This document shows, piece after piece, positions 27,045 to 39,700 of a DNA stretch of 64,000 nt. Every line of letters begins with the position of its first letter. The stretch's first letter is position 1. The stretch is from the human T2T-CHM13v2.0 reference genome, Homo sapiens. Position numbers and translations under genes: made by a program. A model generated the notes under the pieces. The model was not told the DNA's origin. It worked only from the letters and a program-made list of their open reading frames with translations, and did no database searches. The stretch is from the NCBI RefSeq assembly GCF_009914755.1, contig NC_060942.1; one strand, written 5' to 3'.

Positions 27045-27415
27045 CCTGAAGAGGCTAGACTCTGCATCAGTAATAACCCCCAAATCTCAGTGATTTAATG
27101 GCAGTGGATTTTCCACTCACACAGCATGGAGGAGCACCAAGGCATCTTTCTCTGCAGCTACTCATGATCCAGGTTGCGTTTATCTCTACATGTAGTCACC
27201 TGGGCTGCTCCAGCAGGGAGAATAAAGGAACGTGGACAGCTCACTGAAGCTCTCGAGTGCCTCAGACTAGAAGTCCCCACATCACTTTGCCTTGTGTCTC
27301 CTTGCCTGGGACTAGTCACACGGCCCTGCCTAACAGTAAGAAGCCTGGGAAGTGGAGTCTTCTCCGTGCAGAATGCTGAAGGCAAGCAAGGTTTCGGGGA
27401 GCACTGCCATCTGCC
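27045..27415 (-). mobile_element. old MLT1 (J/K-like) LTR
   Basis: cccccaaatctcagtgatttaa...gaagtccccacatcacttt...actagtcacacggccctgcctaac. Confidence 0.65.
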
Positions 27416-27480
27416 TAGTAAAGAGGCAGATGGCATTTCCTAGTAAAGAGGAAACTGCCATTTCCTAGTAAAGAGGAAAA
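27405..27480. repeat. three ~25-bp tandem units, each an inverted repeat around AGTAAAG
   Basis: tgccatctgcct-agtaaag-aggcagatggca, then tttcct-agtaaag-aggaaa twice. Confidence 0.9.
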
Positions 27481-27541
27481 ATGCGGGTGGCCCCAACAGG
27501 AGGCAATCCTAACTTTTCTCCAATGTATGGGTTGGAGATTT

Positions 27542-27562
27542 TGTGTGTGTGTGTGTGTGTGT
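27542..27562. repeat. (TG)n microsatellite
   Basis: Direct observation. Confidence 0.9.
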
Positions 27563-29444
27563 ATCCACTGTGGCTGTCAGAGTAAGCCAAGAAGCCCAGC
27601 CCCAAGCTGACAACACAGAGAGACAATCAGGTGCTTTGGGCATCAGAAGGGCTGTACATGGACCTGGAAAGCTGCAGGGCAAGGTAGGGGTCAGTGGATA
27701 GTGTCAAAGGACACAAGGGAGGGGAGGGGCGAAAAGCCAGGATAGGAAGATGCCCCACTTCCTCCATCACTCTGGGCATCAGTGGTAAGAAGGACATTCC
27801 ACCTGCAAACGCCATCAGCTGACTCAACACACATATTCCTCTTGGTTACTTTAACTTGTTAACCACCCTTTCCTGTGACTACTGGCAAGGAGTGTGGCAG
27901 CTCCTCACATGTCTCACATTCCCTGAGGAGCTGGAAAGGAGGTGCCACACAGGTGGTATTCTCAGAAATAAGAATCTGCTTAGCTGTATACCTTTGAAAT
28001 AGATCAATTCTACCAAGATAGACCAGGGAGCAGGTAAAGGTTTCACCTCAGGCAATAGCCCAGGGCACAGTCACACCAGTGACTAAGCTGATCATTAAAG
28101 CAGAGGCCTGGGGAGGCAGCACTTCCCTCCACGTGCCAGCCCCAGCGAGCCATGCCAGCCCCAGTGGGGTTTGCCTGCCCCAGCTCATGGTGCTTCTCTG
28201 CTCAGAAGAGCACAGGGCACACTTCTGTTCTCCTGCACCTCCTGCCTCAGGAGGATCTGGTCAGAGGATAACTAGAAGCTTCTCAGGACAGCCTCCAGTT
28301 CACTGGGAAGTAGCACAAAGTAGTGGGAGAGAATTTCCCAGCGAACACACCACGTGGTACCACCTAACTGTATCAAAAGCTGGAAGTCCTTTACCTACTC
28401 AGGTGTGTGGTAAAACAAGGATTTCCCTATCAGCCATATAGAACTCTTGCTTCTAACATGAGCAGCAGAAAATCGAGGGCAGCTGTCTGCATTGCATTGA
28501 GTTGGCTGGGTGCCTGCTGGATTAGAACACTCCAGGGCAGGACTTGAGAAACCACAGCAGCGTGGCTGGGACACTGTGATACCCACCCATGGATGGTATC
28601 TTCTGGCTCGTGCAGCCACCCTGAGCCAATCAACTATGGCCACAGTAACAGCTGGGTTTGCCCATATCACAAACCAACAGTTGCAAAAATAGCACAAAAT
28701 ATCTTTAAGAAATCAATAACTATTAAAAAGTCATTTTGTATGTGATAGCTTCTGAAACTTGATGTGTTCAACCTTGATCCACCCAGCAAACTGAGGATCT
28801 GGAAGTGCATTAGGTACACCTAATCCAGGGTGTTATGAACCTTGGAAGATTAACCACCATACAGACAGCATGTTGCCTGCCCTCAGGGAGTTCTGCACCT
28901 GTGATTTTACCAACTGAACAATTTTCTATTTACTAATGAGATGAGATGGCTATAAATTCACAGTCATGCACCTTACTAACTGGTAAATCTACCAACAGCA
29001 TGCTTATTGAAATAATCTGTCTCTATTACTGTCAAGATACATTAAGATGATAATTAATCTCCAAAGTATTATTTCTCAGATACTATCCTAAGAAAGGACA
29101 CATCATCATTTCTGCCAAGACACAGCCAATTTCTTGCTACCTATACATCCCTCCCTATTCTTCTATGTGGATCCATTCCCAAGGTCCACATAAAATCCCG
29201 TCTCTTCTCTAATGCCTTCTCAGACCAGCCCAGATGCTCTTGTTTTCTGAACTCTAATAGCATAGACTCCTTGTGTAATTAATTTACTCGCCATCCTTTC
29301 ATGTAATTTTATCCTACCGTGACCACTGGAGCATAAAATTCTTAATGGCAAAAGTTTCTATCCATTGTATCTAGCATAATATTTTACCAAGGGTAATGTT
29401 TAAAAAGTACTTAGTTGATTGAACTAATTAAAAGGAATGGGGGG

Positions 29445-29670
29445 CCATCAGCAATAGTATATGATAATAACAGGATGGAGCTAGAGAGACTCCTCAGTCT
29501 TAGCTTGGCACCTTACCAGTGGTTTGACCTTCGGCAACTTCTCCCTTTTCAATGTTGGCTTCTATATCTATAAAAAGGAAATAATAATGCCTATGTAATG
29601 GGTGATTTTCAAGACTACATAGATACTAACATTTTTGAAGATGCTACTAGTTAGCTACTCAACATAGATT
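29445..29670 (+). mobile_element. MIR SINE
   Basis: tttgaccttcggcaactt...tatctataaaaaggaaataataatgcct. Confidence 0.6.
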
Positions 29671-29671
29671 A

Positions 29672-30177
29672 TCTTATTAGCAAAAATTCTAGTTTTGTTT
29701 AACTTGACAAAATACTCACAATACTCACCCTCACTGACTCAGTACTAGCCAGTGAGGCAGATGCGAAGTTTTGCTAAGTATTTCAGAATTTTTTTCATGA
29801 AATAGACACTGCTTCTTTCTTTTTCCTCCTCCTCTTTTTCCCCATTCTACTCCTTTTTTCCTTTCCTCCTACTCCTGTTCATTTTTGTCTCTGCATTCAT
29901 CTTTATTTTCTTATTTTCCTGCCCAAAATGTGGGTGTGAGGTTGGAGGAAGTGCCTCTATCTCATACCTATGAGAGGAAAATTATCATTAATTCAACAGA
30001 CATTATTGAGAGCCTACAATGTTCTCAGCATCTCAGGGCACAAAAAGACAAAGCTAGAACTCACATTCTCATGGGACATGGGTAGCAATAAGCAAATATA
30101 CTAGGTAAATGCTACAGTATGGTAGATCCTGATAAATACTGCAGGGGCAAGGGAACAGGAAAAAAAGACTGGCTGCT
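29672..30177 (+). repeat. donor copy of a ~500-bp local duplication (paired with 50162-50663)
   Basis: Near-identical sequence from tcttattagcaaaa to aagactggctgct in both copies; about 17 substitutions plus one 4-bp indel by manual alignment. Confidence 0.97.
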
Positions 30178-30845
30178 GTGGGGTCAGTAATGATTATAAA
30201 TAGTGTGGGAAGGGCGGACCTTCCAACTTGGAGGTGACTTTTGAGCACAAACTTAAAGGAGATCAAGCAGAGAGCCAGGCCATTGCTCAAGGGAAGCACC
30301 CCAGCAGAGGGGACAGCCAGTTCCCCGAGGTGACCCTAAAAGGGTGGGTGGCTTCTAGGAACATCAAGGAGGCATTCGGGAAGGCAGTGGGGTCAGAGTG
30401 TACAAGGACCAGCCCTCGTGAGGGGTGAGCCACTGGAAGAACTCTGGCTTCTTCACCAACTGGAATGAAGAGCCCTTGAAGGGTCAGCAAAGGGGTGACA
30501 TTTCTGACTAATGTTTCCAGGTCATTCCAGCTACTACATGTGAAGGAACTATAGGGTGGCATGAGTAAAAAGAAAGCTTTTGCAATACCCATGGAAAATT
30601 AGGGCTGGTTGAGCCAAGGTGGTGCCAATAGAGAAAATGAGACGTGATTTGACTGTGGATATATCTTGAAAGTAAAGTCAGCAGGATTTCCTAAGAGATT
30701 GGATATGGACTATGAGAGACAGAGAGATATGAAGAACAGCCCTTCTGAAGTTAGGGCCTGAAGAGCTGTGAGGATAACACACTGGGGAAGCAGCTTTTGG
30801 TGGGAAAGGTCAAGAGCTTCATTCTGGAAATGTTGGGAGTTAGAT
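29985..30845 (-). mobile_element. L2 LINE 3' region
   Basis: attaattcaacagacattattgagagcctac..., ggaggtgacttttgagc..., ggatatatcttgaaagtaaagtcagcaggatttcc...ggatatgga. Confidence 0.8.
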
Positions 30846-30903
30846 GAAAATAACATTTGGGGCAAGAGCTAAAGGAATACTATCATGGAAATGCAGTAGT
30901 GGG

Positions 30904-31470
30904 TGTATGAATCAGAATTCAACCAGAGAAGAAAAACCAGTAGGAAAAATATGCATCCTGCTAGTATGTATTTGTTACATCTACATATAACAAAGTATTG
31001 ACTTAATTATGGGAACTGGCTAAGAAGCCTGAAGTCCACAGGACAGGCAGCCAGCAAAATCACACACAGACAGGACCTCATGAACATGCTCTGAAGCTTC
31101 TTGGCCACAGGCAAGCAGGTAGGAAGGAATACCAGGGCAGGCTGGAGCCCCACAAGCACAAGCTTGGAATCTCTGACTTCAGGAAGGACTACCTTTAGAA
31201 GACTTCCATCTGATGAGGTCTGACCCTCCCAGGATAATCTCTCTTTTGATTAATTCAAAACTAAACTGATAGAAAACTTTAGCTACATCTGCAAAATCCA
31301 TTCACAACAGCACCCAAGATAGGGTTTGACTGAATAACTGGAAGAAGGTGTATGCTGCTCAATAACCACTTCCCCTTTCGTAGCCCACACTAATTGGAAA
31401 CATACTAGAGAGGAAATTCCCAGGAGTATGGCTCAGCCTAGCCAAGCTGACACATCACAGCCCCATCACA
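30904..31470 (-). mobile_element. MLT2-type ERVL LTR inserted in a MIR (MIR continues to ~31630)
   Basis: tgtatgaatcagaattcaaccagagaagaaaaaccagtagga...cccaggataatctc...agcctagccaagctgacacat...catcaca. Near-TSD GTGGG/GTGTG. Confidence 0.8.
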
Positions 31471-31646
31471 GTGTGGAAGGTCCAGGTTCAAAGGCCAGCT
31501 CTGTACTACCTCTGTGAATTTGGAAGATGCTTGGATTCCATTACTTCATCCATAACTGAGGATAATGACAAGTCCTTCAGGGCTATTTATGTAATTAGCT
31601 CAGTGTATGGTAACATACGAAATGCTCCGTGAGGCATCATCAACAC

Positions 31647-31740
31647 TGTGTGTGTGTGTGTGTGTGTGTGTGTGCATACATGTGCATATGTGTGTCTGTG
31701 TGTGTGTGTGAAAGAGAGAGAGCACACACACATGCGTGTG
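31647..31740. repeat. compound (TG)n/(GA)n/(CA)n microsatellite
   Basis: Direct observation. Confidence 0.9.
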
Positions 31741-32286
31741 CTTTGGAACAAGTATCTCTCTTTTCTTAACTCCAGCTGACTTCCTTGTCATCCTCTGGGA
31801 TAACTCTTTAAAATTCAAGAATTATCTTGCCCTGAACACTTCAAAAAGATACTTAACTTCAATGTGAAAAGCCTTTCCAGATGCATTTCTGGCCATGCTT
31901 GTGTTTTATTATCCACCCATAACTTGATCTGTTGCAATATGTTCCCTCCACTTAGCTTTTGCTGAAACTCTTCTCTCCATTCAGCCCCTCCAAAGAGAAA
32001 ACTGGCTTTTTGTATTCTTTCACTTCTATGGGCTGAGTAGAAAATTCCAGCAAATCATGAGTTCTTCCAAGACTCACCTTCCAATCAGAATATGTTTACC
32101 TGAGTGAAAACTTACTAAAATAGAAAATGTCAACTCACTTCTTTCTTTTTTCAACGTTTCTAATGATTCTAGATTTATATTTTTAAGTTCTAGCATTAAC
32201 ATGCCATATAGTACTTATGGTGAGAAGCACGATTGTCCTGGGGGATGATGGTGGTCACACACAGGGGCAGATCCAGGCTTATGGAA

Positions 32287-34637
32287 TGTAGTAGTCAGTT
32301 CTCAAACTGCTATAGAGAACTACCTGGGACTGAATAATTTATAAAGAAATTAGGTTTAATTGACTCACAGTTCCACAGGCTTAACAGGAAGATGGGAGGC
32401 CTCAGGAAACTTACAATCATGGCGGAAGGTGAAGGGGAAGCAGGCACATCTTACATGGCGGAGCAGAACAGAGAGAGAGCAAAGGGGGAAGTGCCACACA
32501 CTTTTAAGCCATCAGATCTCATGAGAATTCACTCACTATCATGAGAACAGCAAGGGGGAAATTCACCCTCATGATCCAATCACCTCCCACCAGGCCCCTC
32601 CTCCAATTCATCATGAGATTTGTGCAGGAACATAAATCCAAACCATATTATTCTCCCCCTGGCCCCTCCCAAATCTCATGTCCTTCTCACATTTCAAAAC
32701 CAATCATGCCTTCCCAGCAGTTCCCCGAAGTCTTAACTCATTCCAGCATTAACTCAAAAGTTCACAGTCCAAAGTTTGATCTTAGACAAAGTAAGTCCCT
32801 TCCACCTATGAGCCTGTAAAATCAAAAACAAGTTAGGTACCTCTAAGATAAAATGGGGGTACAGGCATTGGGTATATGCTTTCATTCCAAATGGGAAAAA
32901 TTGGTCAAAACAAAGGGGCTATAGGCACCATGCAATTCCAAAGCCCAGCCAGGCAGTCATTAAATCTTAAAACTCCAAAATAATCTCCTTTGACACCATG
33001 TCTCACATCCAGGACACACTGATGCAAGGGGTGGGCTCCTACGGCCTTGGGAAGCTCTGCCTGTGGCTCTGCTGGGTACAGCCCCCACAGCTGCCTTCAC
33101 TGGCTGGTGTTGACTGCCTGTGGCTTTTCCAGGTGCATGGTGCAAGCTGTTAGGGGATCTACCATTATGGGATCTGGAAGACAGTGGCCCTCCTCTCACA
33201 GCTCCACTAGGCAGTGACCCAATGAAGACTCTGTGTGGGGGCTCCCACCCCACACTTCCCTTCCACACTGCCCTAGCAGAGGTTCTCCTTGAGGGCTCTG
33301 CCCCTGCAGCATACTTCTGCCTGGACACTCAGGTATCTCCATACATCCTCTGAAACCTAGGCAGAGGTTCCCAAACCTCAATTCTTGTCTTCTGTGAACC
33401 TGCAGGCTCAACACCACATGAAATCCACCAATGCTTGGGGCTTGCACCCTCTGAAGCAATGGCCTGAGCTGTACTTTGGCCCCTTTCAGCCATGGCTGAA
33501 ACTGGAGCAGCTGGGTTGCAGGGCACTTTGTACTGAGGCTACATGGAACAGCTGGGCCCTGGGCCTGGCACACAAAACCATTTTTTCCTCCTAGGCCTCA
33601 GGGACTGTGAGGGGAGGGGCTGCTGCAAAGGTCTCTGACATGATCTGGAGACATTTTTCCCATTGTCTTGGCTATTAACATTCAGCTTCTCTTTACGTAT
33701 CCAAATTTCTGCAGCTGGCTTGAATTTCTCCCCAGAAAATTGGTTTTTCTTTTCTACCACATGGTCAGGCTGCAAATTTTCCAAACTTTTATGTGCTGCT
33801 TCCCTTTTAAACTTAAGTTCTAATTTCAGACCATCTCTTTGTGAACATGACTATATGCTGTTAGGAGGAGCCAGGCCATCTCTTAAACTCTTCACTGCTT
33901 AGAAATTTCTTCTGCCAGGTACCCTAAATCATCTCTCTCAAGTTCAAAGTTCCAAAGATCTCTAGGGCAGGGGCAAATTGCCACCAATCTCTTTGCTAAA
34001 GCATAGCAAGAGTGACTACTTCAGTCCCCTGTAAGTTCCTCATCTCCATCTGAGATCAACTCACCCTGGACTTCATTGTCCATATCACTATCAGAATTTT
34101 GGTCAAAACCACTCAACAAGTCTCTAGGAAGTTCTGAACTTTCCCACATCTTCCTGTCTTCTTCTGAACCCTCCAAACTGTTCCAACCTCTGCCCATTAC
34201 CCAGTTCCAAAATCATTTCCATATTTTCAAGTACCTTTATAGCAGTGCCCCACTCCTGGAACCAATTTTCTGTATTACTCTGTTCTCACATTGCTGTAAA
34301 GAAGTACCTAAGACTGGGTAATTCATAAAGAAAAGAGGTTTAACTGATTCGCAGTTCCACAGGCTTAACAGAAAATGGATGGGAGGCCTCAGGAAACTTA
34401 CAATCATGCAGAAGGTGAAAGGAAAGCCAATATGTCTTACATGGCAGAGCAGGAAAGAGAGAGAGAGTGAAGGGGGAAGTGCCACACACTTTTAAACCAT
34501 CAGATCTTGTGAGAACTCACTCACTATCATGAGAACAGTATGGGGGAAACTGCCCCCATGATCCAATCACCTCCCACCAGGCCCCTCATCCAATTCAACA
34601 TGAGATTTGGATGGGGACACAAATCTAAACAATATCA
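32287..34637 (-). mobile_element. full-length MSTA-type MaLR retroelement: 3' LTR 32287-32650, internal 32651-34270, 5' LTR 34271-34637
   Basis: Two homologous direct-repeat LTRs (tgtagtagtc...ccatatta and tgtattactc...caatatca) flank a 1.6-kb MaLR-int whose minus strand starts GAAAATTGGTTCC. ORF fragments (e.g. MSRQKYAAGAEPSRRTSARAVWKG) are typical MaLR-int translations. Confidence 0.95.
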
Positions 34638-35416
34638 TGAAGGCTTCTCAGGGACCCGAGACCCATAGCACTGCTGCAGATGGATGCAGTCTGTGGCAAC
34701 TCTCTCAGAATCTTCCCCGTGAGCTTTTGAGAACCAGCCCTGATGCTTCTTGCTAAGATCTTCAGTGACCTTCTGGTCACAGCTCTACTACTGAACTCCC
34801 CTGACTCGTCTCACTTCTGTGTAAATGGAACTCCTATATTGAATGACTCTGTTTTTCTGTTCAACCCTACTGATACTGCAGCATTGAGCACCATCAGCGC
34901 CTTTGCCTCCATCCCAACTCTCAAGGGAATGTTGGCCAAGCTCCAAGCCAAAAACACTAGGTCCATGTTTATCCTGGGTCCTCCAGATCATGGCAATTTT
35001 GTCACTAGTGGAGTTATCCCTCCGTTTCCCCAGGTGCTCCACACTAGTTAATCCCAGTTTGTTGCTTCAACTGATGTATTCACTGTAGCAAACTGTTAGA
35101 ATTGCTCAAAGTTTATCACTTTAATTACAGGCCTCCTATATTAACCAACAAAAATTATTCACCTAGAGTTCCTCAGGTTCTTGTGTGTGTGTGGGTGTTT
35201 GTTGTTTCAGTATTTTCTCTTACTAGAAAGGTGAGGTGCAAAATTGTCCCAGTTGAGAACTACTGCCTTAAGGTCATGGAAAACCAATGCAGGTGGCTCT
35301 GGAAGGAAGGGAATTCCTGCACCCAGTGCCTGGACTTATGCTAGGTGCTTCATAAATATTGAGTGAATGAATGAATGAGCCTCCTGGGGCCCCTATGGCA
35401 TATATGTTTGGGGCCT

Positions 35417-35835
35417 TGATATGGTTTGGCTCTGTGTCCCCACCCAAATCTCATCTCGAATTGTAATCCTCATGTGTCAAAGGAGAGACCTGGTAGAAGG
35501 TAATTAGATCATGCAGGCAGTTTTTCCCATCTTGTTCTCATGATAGTGAGTTCTCATGAGATCTGATGGTGATCTTAAAAGGGCCAGTCTCTCTTTAGCT
35601 CTCTAAAAATCAGGGGAAATTTTGAAATTGGCCGTTTCCCCTTAGCTTTCTGTCTCTCCTGCTGCCACGTAAGACTGTAAGACGTACTTTGCTTCCCCTT
35701 CACCTTCCACCATGACTTTAAGTTTCCTAAGACCTCCCCAGCCATGCAGAACTGTGAGTGAATTAAACCTCTTTCCTTTATAAATTACCCAGTCTCCAGT
35801 TGTTCTTTATAGCAGTGTGAAAATGGACTAATATA
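35417..35835 (+). mobile_element. THE1D/MSTA-type MaLR solo LTR
   Basis: TGATATGGTTTGGCTCTGTGTCCCC...GGACTAATATA, with a perfect TSD GGCCT at 35412-35416 and 35836-35840. Confidence 0.93.
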
Positions 35836-36557
35836 GGCCTCATCCAGAAGAGCCTGGGCTGCTAATTAAGTTGTAAGATCACTGCTAGTTAAGGCAGAGG
35901 AAAATATCTTAAATGCAGAATTTTGTCAGAAAAAAATAGCTCCACTGCTCAAAATCTATTTCTCCATAGTTGCTTCCATGCTTTAAATACAAATGTCTCG
36001 CAGCAAAGGGCTGCCTGGGGCTGAGACTGACCTGGTTGGCTCATTTGGGTGTTAGCCTTTCCATAGAGAAATTCACAGAGAGAGGAAATCCATGTCCATT
36101 GAGTCCACCAGGCAGATTTCACACTCCAGTGTGCTTCACAATTACGACATATTTTCCCCAATGGACAGGGCTTTATGTGGAGTAAGGAACACAGCAGATT
36201 AATTGTGTTAGTTCTTAGGACTAACTAACTAGACTTCAGAATAGAAAAATTTCCAGATTCATTTCATGCAAATGCAGGGGAAAGCTCTCCATGAAGCATG
36301 CACCTTCTTGGCTCTTACTGGCAAAGCCTGTGAGTGAGTTAAGGAAATCAAGCTTTCTCTGTTCTAAAAGCACAACATAAGGCACCCCCCGAGTGTGTAC
36401 TTTCTGTTTACAGTGGCCATGGCACATCAGTGAAGGGGGATGGTATGTCTTGTTGAAATCACAAAAATACCTGGACTCACTAAAAGGAATCATTGTGATA
36501 ACAGGAGAAAGTATTTATTTAAAATTGTGTAAGAGAAAACTGAAATTTCTATTGCCT

Positions 36558-36601
36558 GCACACACACACACACACGCACGCACACACACACACACACACA
36601 C
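36558..36601. repeat. (CA)n microsatellite with CG interruptions
   Basis: Direct observation. Confidence 0.92.
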
Positions 36602-36820
36602 GTGTACTTGGAACCCCAGGCTGAAAGCCTCAGAAAAAGAAATTATAAGCATAGACTCTTTAATAGAATGAGTGCAAAGTCAGCTTTTCAAAGGAAATCC
36701 AGACTTTACATAAACATTATTATCATGATAATTAACTGATTACTCTAAGGAAAAAAGATTTGCCAACCAAGTGCCTTCTCTGGTCTGAGTCAGAGAAAAA
36801 TCTGTATCTACCCACATGAT

Positions 36821-37548
36821 TGTCATGGATGGCGAATCTGTATGGGCCTGCAGCAACCTCAGTTCTTGCCTCCTCAGAAGAAAGAATTTAGCCGAGGGGC
36901 ATAAGGCAGAAGGAGAGACCAAGGCAAGTTTTCCAGCAGAAGGGAAAGTTTATGAAAAAGCTTTAGAGCAGGAATGAAAGGAAGTAAAGTACACTTGGAA
37001 GAGGGCTGAGTGGGAGACTTGAGAGATCAGGTGCGTGGTTTGGTCTTTGGACTTGGGGTTTTATACACTGTCTTGCTTCCAGGGTCTTGCATTGTTTCTC
37101 CCCTGATTCTTCCCTTGGGGTGGACTGTCTGCATGCACAGTGGTCAGTTAGCACTTAGGAGGGGAGTGTGTGCAGTGTGATTACTGGAGTTGTACGCATG
37201 CTCACTTGAGGCATTCCTCCCCCGCCAGTCTAGCATTCCTGCAGGAAGGTCATATACCAGTTAAACTCCATCCATTTTGCCCCTTAGTGCACATGTTTGA
37301 GCCCACTCACCCAGCTCCTGAGACCTCATCAGGAAGCTGCTCATCACCAGCTTCAGGTGTTTCTATCTATTGAGAGACTGCCTTTCCCTAGCGCTGACTG
37401 TGACCAATTATTATTTTAGACAGAGAGTTTAACAACCACCTGACCATCACCTGATGGTCGCCTAACATTTCTGGTGTTGGTGGGGGGCAATGGAGCAGGG
37501 GGAGCCCTCTCCTGCCCTGCTCATGCCTGACTAGCTACCTACTTAACA
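36821..37548 (-). mobile_element. MER50-group ERV1 solo LTR
   Basis: Reverse complement starts TGTTAAGTAGGTAGCTAGTCAGGCATGAGCAGGGCAGGAGAGGGCTCC. Perfect TSD TGAT at 36817-36820 and 37549-37552. Confidence 0.87.
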
Positions 37549-37767
37549 TGATGATCTGGTAAAACTCAACATCCCATAAAATGCAGGACACTAGAAGTGT
37601 TTTTGTTATTATTTTTTCCTATATTTACTAAGATCTTGTTTTCTTGGTGACTGTACTGGAGAATTCTTCACACTGAAAATAAAAGCCCTTATTTTATCTA
37701 ACTCTGAGGTCAGATTCTTCAGTGTATGTTTGACCAAAAATGTTTTGCTTTTTTCTTTTTGAAAGAA

Positions 37768-38115
<348 letters not shown>

Positions 38116-38639
38116 TTATGTCTTTAAAGTAGACTCAACACAGACATCAACTGGCTCTGGGACCCTGGCTGAGAGGGATCTCAGTGCCATCTCCAGAGGG
38201 AGGCAGCCTGCAGAATCACAGCTCTCATCAGTTCCTCCCAGCCTAGAATGGAGGGCACGTCTTTACTTCCAGCTGCCTGTCCGTCTGCCCACGAGCTCAG
38301 CATTCGAGTCCAAACCTTCCACACCACAGCCATGCACTAACCATGCAGAGAGAAGGCAGTTCCTGCCTCACTGGCCCAACAGGCTAGTCAAAGACACCCC
38401 AAGATACACAAAGATATTTTATATTTCTCAAAATATTTCACCATAAAGTTCCTTTCACTCCTGTCCACTTAGAGTTCCAGTGCTAGAAAATGAGGCTAAA
38501 GTAACTGTGACATTCTTCCCCCTTCAAATTCATTTCAATCCAAAATAGGGGTAGCAATTCGATTTCAGCATTTATGCAAGTTGTTTTCTGGTATTTCTCA
38601 GCTAGTAACACTTAGACTTATTTTTTAAGTGTTGTGTAC

Positions 38640-39700
38640 AATATAAAAATGAAAAATAGAACAGAGGAGAGTATCTTTGTCACCTTGAGGTAGGAAAAGA
38701 TTTCTTAGGACTTTATGGCTAAAAGCACTAGCCATAAAAAAATGGTTAAGTGTTAAATAACGATTAAGCACACCATGAGGAAGACAAAGGGACACAATTC
38801 AGAATGGGTGGGATACTCCCACACATAAATCTGGTAAGGGTCTTGTATCTAGAGAATGTGCAGAAAACCCCAACAGTTTCACAATAAAAATAACCCAAAC
38901 TTTTTAAACAGCGAAGACTTGAACAGACATTTCACCCCAACAAATGAGATGGTACGAATGGCTGATATATGAGAAGATGCCCACTCATCATCAGGAAATA
39001 ATACAAATTAAAACGATCATGAATGCCACTGGCTCACCCTACAACAGCTAAAATGTAAGACTGGCCTGATCGAGCATTGACTCTCCCATGGAGCAACACT
39101 ACCTCAGGCCCTGCTGCTGAGTGACAACCGCACAGCCACTTTGGAAAACTACTTGGCAGTTACTGAAACACACACTTACCCTGTGGACTCAACACTGCCA
39201 CTTTAGGGACGTGACTAAAAAGAAAGAAGACATATGTCCACAAAATACTTGTATATGCATGTTCATTGTAGCTTCATCATTGCCTCAAACTGTTAACAAC
39301 CCAATTATCCATCAATAGTTGAATGGATAAACAAACTGTTTTTTCATAAAACTGCATGCCACACAGTGATTAAAGAAAAAGAATCTATTACTGATTCATG
39401 AAATAACACAGAGGAACTTTGTAGACATTACATACAGCAAAGTCATGCACAAAAAAGTATAAACTGTATAATTCCAATTATATGAAGCTCTAGAATTAGA
39501 CAAACCAAGCTATGATGATAAGAATCTAAATAGTGGTTGCCTTAGGGAAGGTGTCAATTGTCTGGAAGGGAACAGGAGGGAACTTCCTGGGATGATGAAA
39601 ATAATTTATATATGCACAAGGCAGTCTCAAAACTCCTCACACTTACAATCTGGGCATTTCATTATATATAAATTATAATCTGAGTAAAAATAAAAATTGC
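38640..39700 (+). mobile_element. old L1 (L1ME-like) ORF2 end plus 3' UTR
   Basis: gacttgaacagacatttcacc, cagccactttggaaaact, gaatggataaacaaactgt, gaacttcctgggatgatgaaa, and an A-rich end. Confidence 0.85.

Noticed and set aside
27569-27918. Possible additional old LTR (TG...CA bounded block)
   Set aside because: I could not match it to a family or find a TSD; left unannotated pending a Dfam search.
32960-33902. Overlapping ORFs as a retroviral or domesticated gene
   Set aside because: They are short fragments of the decayed MaLR internal region in several frames; there is no intact gag or pol.
34743-35051. 102-aa ATG ORF with a hydrophobic, signal-peptide-like N-terminus
   Set aside because: I recognise no protein family or promoter context, the DNA resembles a degraded L2 segment, and the length is within chance expectation.
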